From NCBI RefSeq assembly GCF_011745625.1, contig NW_027191467.1, positions 124,001-188,000 of the forward strand: 64,000 nucleotides of DNA. Direction: 5' to 3'. Shown here in pieces: positions 11,945 through 24,300 of this stretch. Made by a program: the position numbers and the translations under genes. The first letter of the stretch is position 1; every line of letters starts with the position of its first letter. This DNA is from Cladosporium halotolerans. Its lineage: Eukaryota. The notes below the pieces were generated by a model. The model saw only the letters and a program-made list of their open reading frames with translations, was not told the origin of the DNA and ran no database searches.

Positions 11945-12658
11945 AGTTGCGGTAATTTGATTTCAAGAAAGTAACGAGTGAAAGCGAGCCCGCTCGCCAA
12001 ATGAATGTACTGCTATGGAAGAAGGAAGGGTAGTGAGAAGATGTTCGACGTTGTACTATCTGCATAGGATCAATCTTGACTTATAATCTGGTGCCAGCAC
12101 TGCCAATGTAGGGCATTGCTTCGTATTGCTGAAGCGAAAGGCTTGCATGAAACATTAGAAACATTGGCACCTTACCAGGTAGGTCTCTTTGCTCGCAACG
12201 ATTCCGAGGGTCGCAGTAAATACACGAGCGAGGGCCAGATTCTCAGGTCCTCTCCGTAGGGCTGGGCTTCAAGTCACCCCAGGAGTTGCTTCGTATAGAG
12301 TGCCCAGACTGAGGGCTTGAAAGGTAGCGGCGGTAACATTGGGTAAACCTGTGCAACGATCACCGCGACAACCGGAGACCAAATGCACACACATCGGTAA
12401 GGTTAGGTGTCGGTCGAAACAGTCGATACAGTGCCTAGGTATGTTTCCATTCTAGTATGGAAGAAGCTGCCATCAAATGCCAGCGTGAAGGCTGGCGCGT
12501 GTGTCGCCATGCGATTGCGCACGGACGCGGGCCCAGCCGCTATTGGCCTTGATAGGTCAGTGCCGACTACTTCACTCCGGAGCATCAGCCATCTACGGCA
12601 TCGAGTGGAAACATCGCCAAGACGGCTATTGAGCCTTTGACCGGAATTTGGAGTCGCA

Positions 12659-13662
12659 ATGGCAGATGAGTCGAATGGCCCTATATTCCGCGCGAACAAG
12701 CGACGAAAGGTGTTTCGGAAGAGAGCCGACAGCGATGACCAGAATGAGTCGCCCGCCGTAGCTGCAGTCGAAAATATCGGAAATGGCCAGGGAGCAACGA
12801 ACGATCAGAACAACACCCTCGACGATAATGAAAATACAGCATCAAGACAAGAAGTCTCCCGAGCCCGCCGGCCAAAGAAGCAGGGCATCGCGTTTTCCAG
12901 CAACGACCCAGCATCTTCCCGACCACGTGACGGGAACGATGAGACCGCGTTGGTGGTGGCAACAGAGCCAAACCCACCACAACAGCACAATGACCGCTTT
13001 GCACGGCAGACCGGCAAACTCATAGTCGAAGACGACAAGCATATGTACGTTCGTCCCTGGCTTGCCCGCTCCACTAGCAGACTGGCAAAGTGCAGTACTG
13101 ACAACGTAGGTCGGCATACATAGACTCGAAGATGGCTGAGATGCGCTCTGCCGCAAGCACACCAAATCCACCGAGCAAAGCCTCCGAACCTGCCGCAGAA
13201 AAAGCCCAACGAGGCCAACAATCCACATCGCCACCCGACTCAACAGAGCCGCCGGCAGCTTCCAACCAAGCAACCCCCTCCCAATCCCGATCTCAAGCAC
13301 CACCTGACCGCAACCCCCTTCGCCGCCGCGGCAAAAAACACCGCGCCCCCTCCCCCTCAACCCAAGCCCGCGCCTCCCTCATCGACGAAATCATGCGCGA
13401 GTCCAACCACACGCCACACTACACGGCGCCGTCTTCCAACCCCAACTCCTCCGACCAGACTGCGCTAGACCCAGACGCCGCCGCCGCAGCGGCATTCAAA
13501 GCGGAGTTCCTGGCCCAAGCCGAAGCGCGGAATCTTTCGAGGAGGCAGCCAGCGGTGAATTCTGGCGCGCCGGCGGCGGCGAGTTCGGGGCCGAAGCTGG
13601 GCGGCAGTCGGGCGATGAGGGAGAGGATGAAGGCGGCGGAGGAAGCGAAGGGGAAGAAGTAG
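12659..13662 (+). CDS. Tls1/C9orf78 (Hep_59)-like nuclear splicing-associated protein; 2 exons
   Basis: Basic NLS-like RANKRRKVFRKR. FARQTG..EDDKHMSAYIDSKMAE is formed after removing intron 13045-13109. C-terminal GPKLGGSRAMRERMK. Confidence 0.65.
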
Positions 13663-14222
13663 GATTGTTTCTGGTCGGATTCGTGGAGGGGAGCTTGGTT
13701 CACCCATTTGCTTGCTTAGCGCAGGCATTGTCGCTGGCACGGCGCAGGGCGCTGAATGTATTAGGTGCAGAGTTGATGAGAATTGATTTACGGCGTGACT
13801 TAGGCAGGACAAATCACAGCTACCAACCGATAATAGAGAATGCAAATGGTACCGTAGCCCTCGTTGAAAACTTGTCTCGTTTCAAATGCATACATAATCT
13901 CGCTGAGTGTCGTATGTCAACATAATCGTCCCCTTCAAGTGACAATCATCCGTCCATACAACAAAGAGGACCTGATAAAAAGCAAAACAAACATTCCACC
14001 CTGCGTCAAGATGCTCGCCTTCGCTATGCAATTCCAGCCTGCTAGCCACTGTGCCCATGTGCTCTAATTATCTTTCTCTCTCTCTCGTGTCCGTCGCAAA
14101 GCCAAGTGAAGTCGTGTGAAAGATGTGCGGGAAAGATTTCCGACCCCTTGCGTTGATCTCGTGAAAGTTCGTGAATCAGACAAATAAGACGGCTTTAGTC
14201 CTAGGTGTGGTCGTCCTCGCAC

Positions 14223-16040
14223 CTACTTCGCGCCCCTCGGGCTGCCAATCACACCCAGCCCAGAGGCGTCGGACTTGCCCGAGATCTCGTCCATGTCGAA
14301 CAGCTCCTGCTCTTCGTCGATGCGCTCGCGGCCGACGCTGATGCCGCTCAGCGCGCGGTCGATGCTGAGGCGCTTGTTGGACGTCGCGGTGGCGTTTCGG
14401 GAAGCGCCGGGTGCCGTAGCGCTCGTCGAGGTGGGGATGGTGCTGCCGAAGCTGCCACTGCCTACTGTTGGGATGGAAGAGGATGAAGCGACGCGAGCGG
14501 CGTTGAGGTTCGTTCGCTGCAGCTCTTGCGTGAGCATGCTCATGCTGGCTTGGCGGGGCGGGCTGCTGACGCTGGGGTTGAGGGAGTGCTCGGGAGCGAG
14601 GGAGGGGCGTTGTGACTGGGGCGGGCCGGGGAGGGCGCCGAAGCCTGAGTTGCGTAGGGGTGAGCCGACGAAGTCGGAGCTGTTGCTGCGTTGAGGGGCG
14701 AACATGCTTGAGTAGCGCGAGGGCGAAGAGGAGAATGATGGGCTTCCGCTTTTACTGTCGCCTGGTGTGGCGGTTGTGGATAGCGTGCGTCGCTGGGCTG
14801 CGAGGAATGAAGCAGGATCTTCTGCTTGACGAGATTCGCGTCGATTGCGGGATCCGGGTATGAGGTCGTGAAGGGATGCGGGCAGGAGGTCTTCTTCGCG
14901 GTCCGTGTCAGTTTCGCCGTCGTCCTCGTCATCGGAGTACTCGAATGATTTGGTGGGGAGACCTGTGCCAACACTGGAAGATATCATAGGTCGGGACGTG
15001 CGGAGGCGATTTGAGTGTAGTGGTCGCTTGGGGAATGAGAGCGGCTCATCTCCACCAGACGGAGGCGACGAGCCGGCAAGAACGCTGTCGAGGTTCCCGC
15101 GGTCCCCGAATGCAGAGTGGTGAAGGTCCTGAAGTGCAGTATTCCCAAGCTGAGACTTGCGAGGTAACGACGACGGCGGTGACTCGATGCCAAACCTTGA
15201 CGGTACAGACGCAGCAAAAGGTCCCAGCCTCGCAGCCATGGAGACGCCGTTACTGTCGAAGGAGTTCGGTAGCGGCGCGTCCAACACACTCAAGCCCTTC
15301 TGATGAGGCGAAGAGCCATAGCCAAAGCGGTCATTCTGCGGCGGCGATCCAAACTTGGGCGAAGCAGATGTGTAGTCAAACTGCGGCATGTCGTATCCGT
15401 TCCTTGCCGCATATTGATATTGTGCCATATCCTCCGGCGACATTTCTCCGTTCGGCCTTTGCTCCAGTGCCTGCATCGAAAGAAGACCGGGCGGTGGTTG
15501 CTGCGCGTACGGTGCTGGGTTTGGTACTTGCGCGTAGTGAGGCGGCTGGGAGTACCGCTTGTTGTTCATGACCATGCCGTCCGGTGTGATGTGAAGCAGA
15601 GCGCATTTGGTGCCAAACTTGCAGTGGCCTTTAGCGAAGTATTTACAGGGTGCTGGGCGGGTCGTAGACTCGAGATCGTGGGAGAAGGGACACATCCGGC
15701 CGGCCTGGCATTGGCCTTGGAGGTAGAACTTGCACGGCACATGGGAAGTGTCTGCTCGCTTGCTCAGTCCGCCACGCCCTCTCTTTCCTCCAGCTGCTCC
15801 AGCACCCATCTCCGACTCACTCTTGTTCTTGGGCGGACTGCGCGCCGCACCCAGCATGCTCATGTCGCCCGGTGCGGTCTGATAGGGCGGTGGACGCTGC
15901 ATGCTTCCGCCGACGGGCATTGGCATGGCGCCGTTACCGTTCGGCGACTGCATGTTCGCGCTTGCGTCAAGGCTGTTGTCGCTCAGTTGGCGCTGGTGGT
16001 GATAGGGTGCATGTTGCTGCAGTTGGCCGTGGGCGTTCAT
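14223..16040 (-). CDS. Tandem CCCH zinc-finger protein (Cps3/Lee1-like)
   Basis: CKFYLQGQCQAGRMCPFSH and CKYFAKGHCKFGTKCALLH; conserved LDAPLPNSFDSNG and EEDLLP blocks. Probable in-frame, stop-free 69-nt intron at 15752-15820. Confidence 0.85.
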   Translation of the reverse strand: MNAHGQLQQHAPYHHQRQLSDNSLDASANMQSPNGNGAMPMPVGGSMQRPPPYQTAPGDMSMLGAARSPPKNKSESEMGAGAAGGKRGRGGLSKRADTSHVPCKFYLQGQCQAGRMCPFSHDLESTTRPAPCKYFAKGHCKFGTKCALLHITPDGMVMNNKRYSQPPHYAQVPNPAPYAQQPPPGLLSMQALEQRPNGEMSPEDMAQYQYAARNGYDMPQFDYTSASPKFGSPPQNDRFGYGSSPHQKGLSVLDAPLPNSFDSNGVSMAARLGPFAASVPSRFGIESPPSSLPRKSQLGNTALQDLHHSAFGDRGNLDSVLAGSSPPSGGDEPLSFPKRPLHSNRLRTSRPMISSSVGTGLPTKSFEYSDDEDDGETDTDREEDLLPASLHDLIPGSRNRRESRQAEDPASFLAAQRRTLSTTATPGDSKSGSPSFSSSPSRYSSMFAPQRSNSSDFVGSPLRNSGFGALPGPPQSQRPSLAPEHSLNPSVSSPPRQASMSMLTQELQRTNLNAARVASSSSIPTVGSGSFGSTIPTSTSATAPGASRNATATSNKRLSIDRALSGISVGRERIDEEQELFDMDEISGKSDASGLGVIGSPRGAK

Positions 16041-17823
16041 GGTGCTGGCGTTCGCGTGCGCGACATGAACTTGCGTCGAAGTGGGGCGGGACTATCGGCG
16101 GGGATGGCGATGTCGCGATGGAGCAAGGCGGAGCGGATGATGTATGCGGCGTGCCTGTCTCGCCTGTGCAGCGTGCGAGGAAGATCCTTACCGGCTGAGA
16201 TGCGTGCCCCTCGAGCTGTTACCGGAGGCAGAAGTGGGAGCTGGTGGCTGTGTCAACGAGAGGAAATCGCCGTGGGATGGCGCATGCATGTTGCGTACCA
16301 AGGTTCTCGACTCCGCCGCCTGGCTGTGCCGATTGGCCGGGGTGCGACGAGACGACTTCAACGCTCTTGAAGATAGTCTTCTCCCGCTATGGTGCCGACG
16401 AAATGTGGCGGTCACGTTCTGGTAGAAGTACCAGTAGCAATCGTCCTATCTTTATGTCGAGATGTACCTGAGCACACCACCTGGTGGCGGACCCTAGGCC
16501 GGGATTCGGGTCGACGCTTCTCCCGCTGCTGCTGTTGAAGATCCTTGACCACTTTGTCAACAGGGATCTTGCGCTCCGCCTTGGACAGGATCGCAGTGGG
16601 TTCTGGCTCATGTGGAACAAGATTTTGGGAATAGATTTACCGCAACCATCTTGAAGACCTCGAGATGCAGTTGCTTGGTGGATGAAGCTGCGTCAGGGTC
16701 ACGAGGCCGCTTGTCTCAGGCACACTCATCAGAGCTCGTGCAGATGACCAGCAGTATACTACGTTAGCGTTGCGTATGCATTGAACCAGCAAGTGACCCT
16801 AATGAGCAATCGGCTTTCAAATACCTGCCGGACTGACTTTCATGACTCTCTCCCAGAAATGGAACTCCGCTGTGAGAAGAGCTTGGCGGGTCGCCAATAT
16901 TGTCATTTATCACCAGGTTGCACGCTGTGCAAACAAACCCAGCACAGAATTCAGACATGTGACACACACGTGACTCCGAGCAGCCTCGCACATGCCCCTG
17001 GAATCGTTTCCAAACAAATAGGAGGCTCATCGGATGCGTGCCGTCCACGTTACACGGCATCAGTTGGTTCAAGTCGTCTGTTGCACTTCCTTGTGAGAGA
17101 TGAGTGCGCCGCTAGTTTTGCGTCATGATACGCTTATTACTCGCATGTTGTGTCGCAGAGGCTCCAGTTGGTCGACCAAAAGGACGCATACGCTCCTCCA
17201 TCTCCACGTCCTGGCGTATGTGATGGTGAGGGAAAGCGATGCCGGATTGCATATCTCAACTTCTCGCTGAGACGGCGACTCGCAAACGCACTGTTTTTTT
17301 TATATTGCTGCCGGTGTTGACTTTCAAGACTAGACCGCCGGATCGGTGCAGCTTGCGGGTTTCGCGTGCACTTGACGTGCTGCTTGTCCGCTGAGGTCTG
17401 ATCCGTTTGCCTCTCGAGGGCGCTGGGGCGCTCGTCTGGCCAGACTCATACGACCGCGCTCTAACCTCATAAATTTCTACCTCTTCCTTTCAGACATGGC
17501 TTGTGCAATGCCTTCTCATCGCTTTGCACTCGCATGGTGCTGCGCTGTGCCGCAGTACAACCAGCGCGATCCTCCGTGTGCTCCAATTGACCTCACCTCA
17601 CCTCACTGATCGCTCCTTCCCTAGCAGACCTCACACGCTTAGCGTCTTGGCGCACCCGCGCCTGCGCGCCTTCTTGTCAACTACCGCGTGCGTTTCCATC
17701 CTACCTTACTTTCTGCTCACCACAACTCCCTCGTCGCTCGTTCCCTCGACCTCGCTCGTCACTCCTTCAACCTCCTCTCACCCCAGTCACTCCTTACCTA
17801 CGGCCAACGCCTTCATCGGCACC

Positions 17824-20800
17824 ATGAAGCTCACTACCATACTCGCGACGATGCCATTCGGCATGGTTGCGGCCTTGACAGCGTCCGGTAGTCTGGTCTA
17901 CTATGGCAATTCGTCCGCGCAAACCGCCACTGCCATCAATCCGTAAGTACATCATTCAGTTGGCTCCTTACGCACATGGCTATCATTCGTTTTCCTTTCC
18001 TTCTTCTCGATACTCGACATTGGTCAAGCCTTCCAATGTCAAGCCGCTGCCTCGTGTGGCGGCAGCCTGTCTGGCTCCGGCCTCGCTCATCAATGCATCG
18101 AACAATCTTCAGGGCACGCCAAAATCTAGAACGCATTCAGCAGAGCATCAGTGCCTTCGCGGTCATCAAATTACTCCAAAATGCCATACTCTTCAAAACG
18201 CCCTTCCAAGGACCCATTGCCCGACAGGACTTATTCACCGCACATCAGCACATCGACAGCAAGCGGGAACTGTCCGCAAAAAGGACAGACATCGCTTCGC
18301 GAGCAACGCTCAAACATACTCGGGCGTCGGAAGGGTTCCACCGCTCTCGAAGGGGCAGTTCTCGGCAAGGAGGAGAGGAAGAAGCGAAATGACTCTGCAG
18401 TGGCATTACAGCCAGGGAAATCTCTGGCCGAACTTCAAGCAGAAGAGATGACCTTCCGAACGCTCCACAAGAAGATCAAACAAGCACTTTGCGATAAAGC
18501 CATGTCATTTTCGCTGGTCCGAAGAATACTCTCATCATGGGAAGATAACCTGGCGCCTGAAGCTGCCGCCAGGACTGTTCACGCTTTGGATGCTGGCACT
18601 CGACCACACCTCGCTCGTCATCTTTTCGTTTTGGTCATTCTGTTTTTGATCGTTTTCGGTTCATTGTATGTCTTGGTCAGTTACTTACTCAATGCCACTA
18701 GAGTGACCGCCCAGTGCAACACCAGTACGGTCTATTACCCGGTATTCGTGACCGAGACCTACACTACGTCGATCTTCGTGTCTCCCACCGCTTGCACCAC
18801 TGCCTCAGGCGACATCTTCCCTGCTGCTACTGATTCTGGAGGCTTGCCTACGGTGACCCACACTTCAACCTCAACATCAACCTACTTCAAGACGACCACA
18901 CTTACCGTCCTCGCTGTCACCTCAACTGAGCCTCCGAAATCCACGTCAAGCTCCCTGCCCTTCATTTTCGAGGTCACTTCAGGTACGACTCGATGGATCA
19001 ATGGGGTCTCACCTTCAAGTGGTGCCTCTTTGACTACGGCTACAACTACCGTCCTGGTGCCGCCAAGCTCGCTGTTGACCCCATCACCGGCATCCACCAC
19101 GACCTTGGGTACGAGTCAATCGCACACAACCACTCTCACTTCGCAAGGCGGTGTGTCGACCTCCACTAGCTACGTCAGTCCTGACCTGACCATCACTACT
19201 CACATCACACGGACCAGCACTGTCACCGCGCTGACAACCACCACACGTTCGTCCTTTGGTGGCATGGGCTCTGCTGGTTGGAACACGACAGATTCAGTCG
19301 ACCCAAGCCAGGCCTCGACAACTTCTCATCCTACACATGAAGCCGTACCAACTACAGCTACTGTCTCTTTCTTCTGGGCTTCCTCAGGTGGTCACACCTA
19401 CTCGACTAGTACAAGGGTCATCACCACAACCCTGTATCGTCCAATCCCGGTGACTAGCTCAAGCTTCATGCCTTCTGAATCCTCCCTACTCGGGACAGGC
19501 TCTGAGTCTGTGACAACAAGTGTTGTTGAGAGTGGAATCACTTCTTTGCCCAGCTTGCCGTCTTCTAACTTGAGCACAAACGGGAACTTTTCTATCTTGC
19601 CAATTACGCCTTCTGGCAGCGGTCAAGTCTCACCAGCTACTGCATCAGCGATCACGTCCATTGGCTCTGCTCCATCGCATGGTCTGACTCAACTTCCCTC
19701 AAGCATGGAGGGTCAGCGCTCCGCGAGCGTCCTAACAGCTACAAACGCCACAGTCATCCCTCCCGTGAACTCTCCCGCTACTTCTTTACAGAGCACACCT
19801 ACTGCTTCGTTCGGCAACCTGACTATGACAAGTACGAGACCGCAGACGTCGGTCTCTGAACCTTCGGTTACAGCAAATTCGACAGCGGTAACTCCAGCTA
19901 CACAATCTCCCAGCTCATCCCTCGCGAGCTCAGGTATCGTGAATCCAACCACGCAGACGACGCCTTTTCTGTCAATCAATACGTCTGGCGGAAGCATCGT
20001 CAGTACTTCTCATCTTACCAACCAAACAAGCTCGCTCCCCAAAGTTAGTGGCTCCGCCAGTGCTTCATTGACGAGCACAAGTTCCGCCACTCCAAGCACC
20101 CAGTTGCTGTCTTCAATCGGTACATCATTGGCCAATGGTCAAGGTCCGAGGCCAAAGTCTCCGACGACTCCGTCCTCGAGCTCTAACTCCGCTCCTACGG
20201 GTTCTACGTCGTCTAGTACGACTTTCTCAACCAGCAAGACAAGTGCGTCTGCTTCGACATCCCCGTCTGCATGCGGCGAGCATGGCGATTTCGTCCTCGA
20301 CTTCGATGATTTGCCAAGCTTCTCAGGCGACAAAGACATTACACAAGCGCCGCCAATCTTCAGCCCTTACCATCACTTGACCTTCAGTAGTGGATATGTG
20401 TACGCGCCGCAGGACAAGCAGCCTTTCGCACCTCACTCAGCAAATCAACTTGCGGTCTTCCTGGCGTCTGGAAACGGGACCAACGATACCACTTGGCACC
20501 AAAACGGCATGTCAGCCAATGTACCCCGTTCGGAGCCCGGTGAGATCACCGACGGTCCCTATGACGGCTTGTCCGCCTTCTGGTTCAATGCTCGCGGTGC
20601 TTGGCTTGGCTGCGACAACAATGGCCCTGAGCCTTGCGTTTTCAACGTCACAGGCTGGACATGGAACTCCCAAATTGGCGACGAAGTTGCTACCTACAAT
20701 ACTCAGATCGAGGTGCCGGCATGCTCAACTTCTTCGGGCTGCAAGCTCCAGCACGTCAACTTCCCAGACAGCTTCCGCGGCTTAAGCGGCATTCAGATCC

Positions 20801-20976
20801 AGGCATTCGCCAATGGAAAGCCACGCATGTTCTTCATGGACGATCTCGAGCTAGGCTGGTACGACAACAGCTGTGCCGCTGGCATGCAGCGCATGGGCCG
20901 TCCAGGCAGCTTTGGCGGCCCTGGCCGCAGCGGTGGCGGAAGGAAGAGGGTGGTGCGCCGCTCCCTCATGCGTTAG
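17824..20976 (+). CDS. Secreted/cell-surface Ser/Thr-rich (mucin-like) protein with a Cys-containing C-terminal domain (DUF7371-like)
   Basis: Signal-peptide exon 17824-17942 (MKLTTILATMPFGMVAA...), donor GTAAGT at 17943, acceptor TAG at 18701 restoring frame into the long ORF. Long S/T tract followed by CGEHGDFVLDFDDLP...WLGCDN...FFMDDL...WYDNSC. Confidence 0.7.
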
Positions 20977-21312
20977 GAAACGTGGTGATATGAGCATCGA
21001 AGGATTTTCGTTTTCTTCTTTTCAAAGTAGCCTTCAAGTGCATCGGTTTTGGCACGCGGGACGGCTGAAATTGGGCGCCTTGATTGGAAGCTCTCCTCAT
21101 GGTATCATGGGGATTTGAGCAGTGACTGTTGGTCTGGGACTGCAGTAGAGCTTTTCGTAGTTTCTCCATGCATGTATGGTCTTTAAAGGACACTCCAGGT
21201 GATTCAAACCTCATGTCACTTTCATTCGTTTCTCATTACTAACCAATTCTGCGTGGGGATGAAGCCGCCTAATCTGGATATATCCTACATGTACACAATG
21301 CCGCAGCCGCGC

Positions 21313-24300
21313 TCAATCGTCCCCAGCAAAAGCCCTGCTAAACTTGACCTGCGAACTGAAGTCCTCCCAACCCGCCACGCGATTCCTGCCCATTGCCCTA
21401 GCCACCTCACTCTCGCTTCCATCTCCGCCTGACGAGTACAACCACGACTTCGGCCTCAGACTAAACGCCCCTCCCTCCCTCACAAGCTGCACCCTCTCCG
21501 CCCTCACCTTCCCGTCCTCATCCGACGCCACGGCCGCCTCGGGCGCTTCGATCTCCATCGCCTCGGGTTCCGTCAGTGCAGTCGCGCGCTGCTCGCGATG
21601 CTCAAGAATATCGACGTCGATCGTGTGCAGCGCGCAGACGCGGTAGACGGAGATTCGCTTTTGCTGACCGTGCCGGCGCACGCGGCCGATCGCCTGCGCC
21701 ATCGTGGAGTCGTAGCCGTATTTACTGTCGCGTAGCAGGGGCGAGAGAAAGATGACGTGATTCGCGGCTTGCAGGTTGGAGCCGGCGGCGGTCTCGTCTG
21801 AGGCGTTGAGCACGATTACTGTGTCGGCGTTTGAGCGGAAAGAGGAGATCTGCTGGCCGGCTGTGGTTGAGTGAAAGACGATGGCAGAGGAGAAGGTGGT
21901 GGCAGAAAGCGCGGCTTCGACTTGGTGGAGTTGCTCGGCGAATTGGACGAAGAGGATTGCTTTTTCACCTTTGGACTTGATTCCGTTCAGGAGGCGGATG
22001 GCGGCTTCGAGTTTAGCCCCGTGCGAGGTGGTCTGTGTGGAAGCACTAAGGGTATGAGACCAGAGCAGGTGATAGTCGTGCATTGATGCGCCACAGTCTC
22101 CGGCGCGGCATTGGGTTTCGTGCTTGTTTTTTGAGATCGTATAGCATTCTTCGCAGACGCGGTGGCCGCAGAGAGCTGAGACAGCGATGCTTTGTCTGTG
22201 AGTAGCAGAACAGTCCACGCCGTCGCATTTGGTCGCTCGTCCGGCAGCTTCGTGGACGTTACGCACATTGCTAATGTAGCGCTTCGAGCGAATCGATGTA
22301 AGAAGACTCTTCGCATGAGCATTCACGGACGATGTGAGTTCTCTGGCCTTCTTCTCTTCCTTGCTGTTCTTGCCTTCGTTCTCACTTCCGTCATCATTTT
22401 TGGCCAATTTCGATCGCTTCGTTTTCTTAGGGCCATTGGCCTTTAGCTTACGAGCCTTCGTGTTGACGCTCGAACGAAGCGCCTCCTGGACATGGCGGAT
22501 CGTTTCATGGTCGCCTAGGGCTTGTTCATCAAGCAAGGTCGACGCCATCTGCTCCAGGGATTCGTTGTAAATCTTCACATCGTGTTGCGCGGCATGGCAT
22601 GCTACCTTCAAGTCCCCAAGGGCTGTATTGATCTCTGCTTGACGCGCCGCAGACATCTGCATCAAATCTACTCCCTCTGGCAGGAAAGCTGCGTCTCTGG
22701 TCAACGCCTCTTCCGCAGTCTGCACGTCTTCGATCGCTGCCGTGAATCTCTTGTCACGGACGGTCGTCTTAGCACTCTTAGCTTTCCGAATGTTCATGTC
22801 TTGAGAGGCGAGTTGCTGTGAGAGTTCGGTATAGGCAGCTTGGTGGGCCATATCCAACGTGACTGGAATCAGATAGTCATCGTACGTCATTTCGTCGCCA
22901 TCCATGATGTTTTGGCGAACGAAGGCATCCAACAAGTCTTGAGCAACCTCGTGAATTCTCTCGTGCATGCAATCCGACGCCACTTCCCGCATAGCATCAA
23001 ATCTCTCGAAGTCAGTCATGTCTTTGCGAAGAGCTCGGATATTTCTCTGTGCCATCACTCGTGCAGTGTCACTACCGATGCGTAGACGGATGCCCAGTAG
23101 GCCAGCGATTTGCGCGATGTCATAAGCATCGGAGAGAGCAGGCGTACCACTCAGGCCCCAGCGCTTATCTGCCTTCAACGCTTTCAGCGAGGCGTACTCG
23201 CGTGGGGTATATTGATGGAACTCATCGACAATGATGCGATTGAAGTAGAACATTTCGAAGAGGGGGTGCCTGAGGCCGTCTGTAGGGATAGATTTGGCTG
23301 CCGCCTTCACGGCCTGGCTTTTGTTCTTGCCCTCAACAAAGTCCCTACCGACGAGGCGGCGCGATGGTACTGTTGCCTTGAATTCTTCACTCTCGATCAA
23401 CTCGGCATACCGTTTTCGAACATGATTCTGAAGTGACTTCAGGCCTTCCTTCCTCAAGATTTCGAGGTGAGAGGGCACTTCTTTGCAGGCGTGTTTGAGC
23501 CACTTGGAAAACGCCCGTCCAGAGTTCGTTGCTGGCCCCGGCATAGCAACAAAATTTGCAAGCCTCTCGGCATATTCTGCCTGGCCAAGCACGGTCCGGT
23601 TGACAAGGACGATCTTCGCCTTTTCAAAGTCTTCGATCGAGTACTTGTTGAGATCTCTCCAAGCGCTCACTGTCAAAACGCTTTTGGCGTACCCAAGCTT
23701 TTCGTGGATCTCGGACGCCCATTGTTTGATCAGGGTATGGGGAGCCACGATCAATGTAGCTTTGGTTGGAATGAGACCTTGAGGTTGGCGTTCACGGAGA
23801 TCGGCCAAGATATCCTGCCCGCTGGTGAGGTGCGAGTGGATCAACGCAAGACTGGTGATTGTCTTGCCGAAGCCCGGGTGGTCTGCGCAGATACCGCCGC
23901 GCACGCTGACCTGCATGTGAGCACGCACTTCAGCTCGCCAATGCAGAGCCGGTAAGATCGCCTCTTCGGCTTCCTCAATCGTGAATGCTTTCCCAGAACC
24001 CACTTCTTGTTGTTGCATCCACTGAAGGACCGAGGCTTGTTTCGGAAACAGCACACAGCTCATGCCAATATCCTGAGGAGCAACCTTGCCTTCCGTTGAC
24101 CGGAGTGTGAATGGCTTGGGATTCGCATTGCTCGCTAGGCCCTGCTCCAGCTTCCATGTGAGCTTGATGGCGGAATCTTGGGCTGGGAGGCGAGCGATCG
24201 CTCGGTGCGCGAGAGAAGTCAGGTTCAGAGCAAAGTCGATCGTTGCATGATTGTCGCGTTGCGTCACTTGAAAGAACATTGGCGACGGGCGGCTCTTGAT

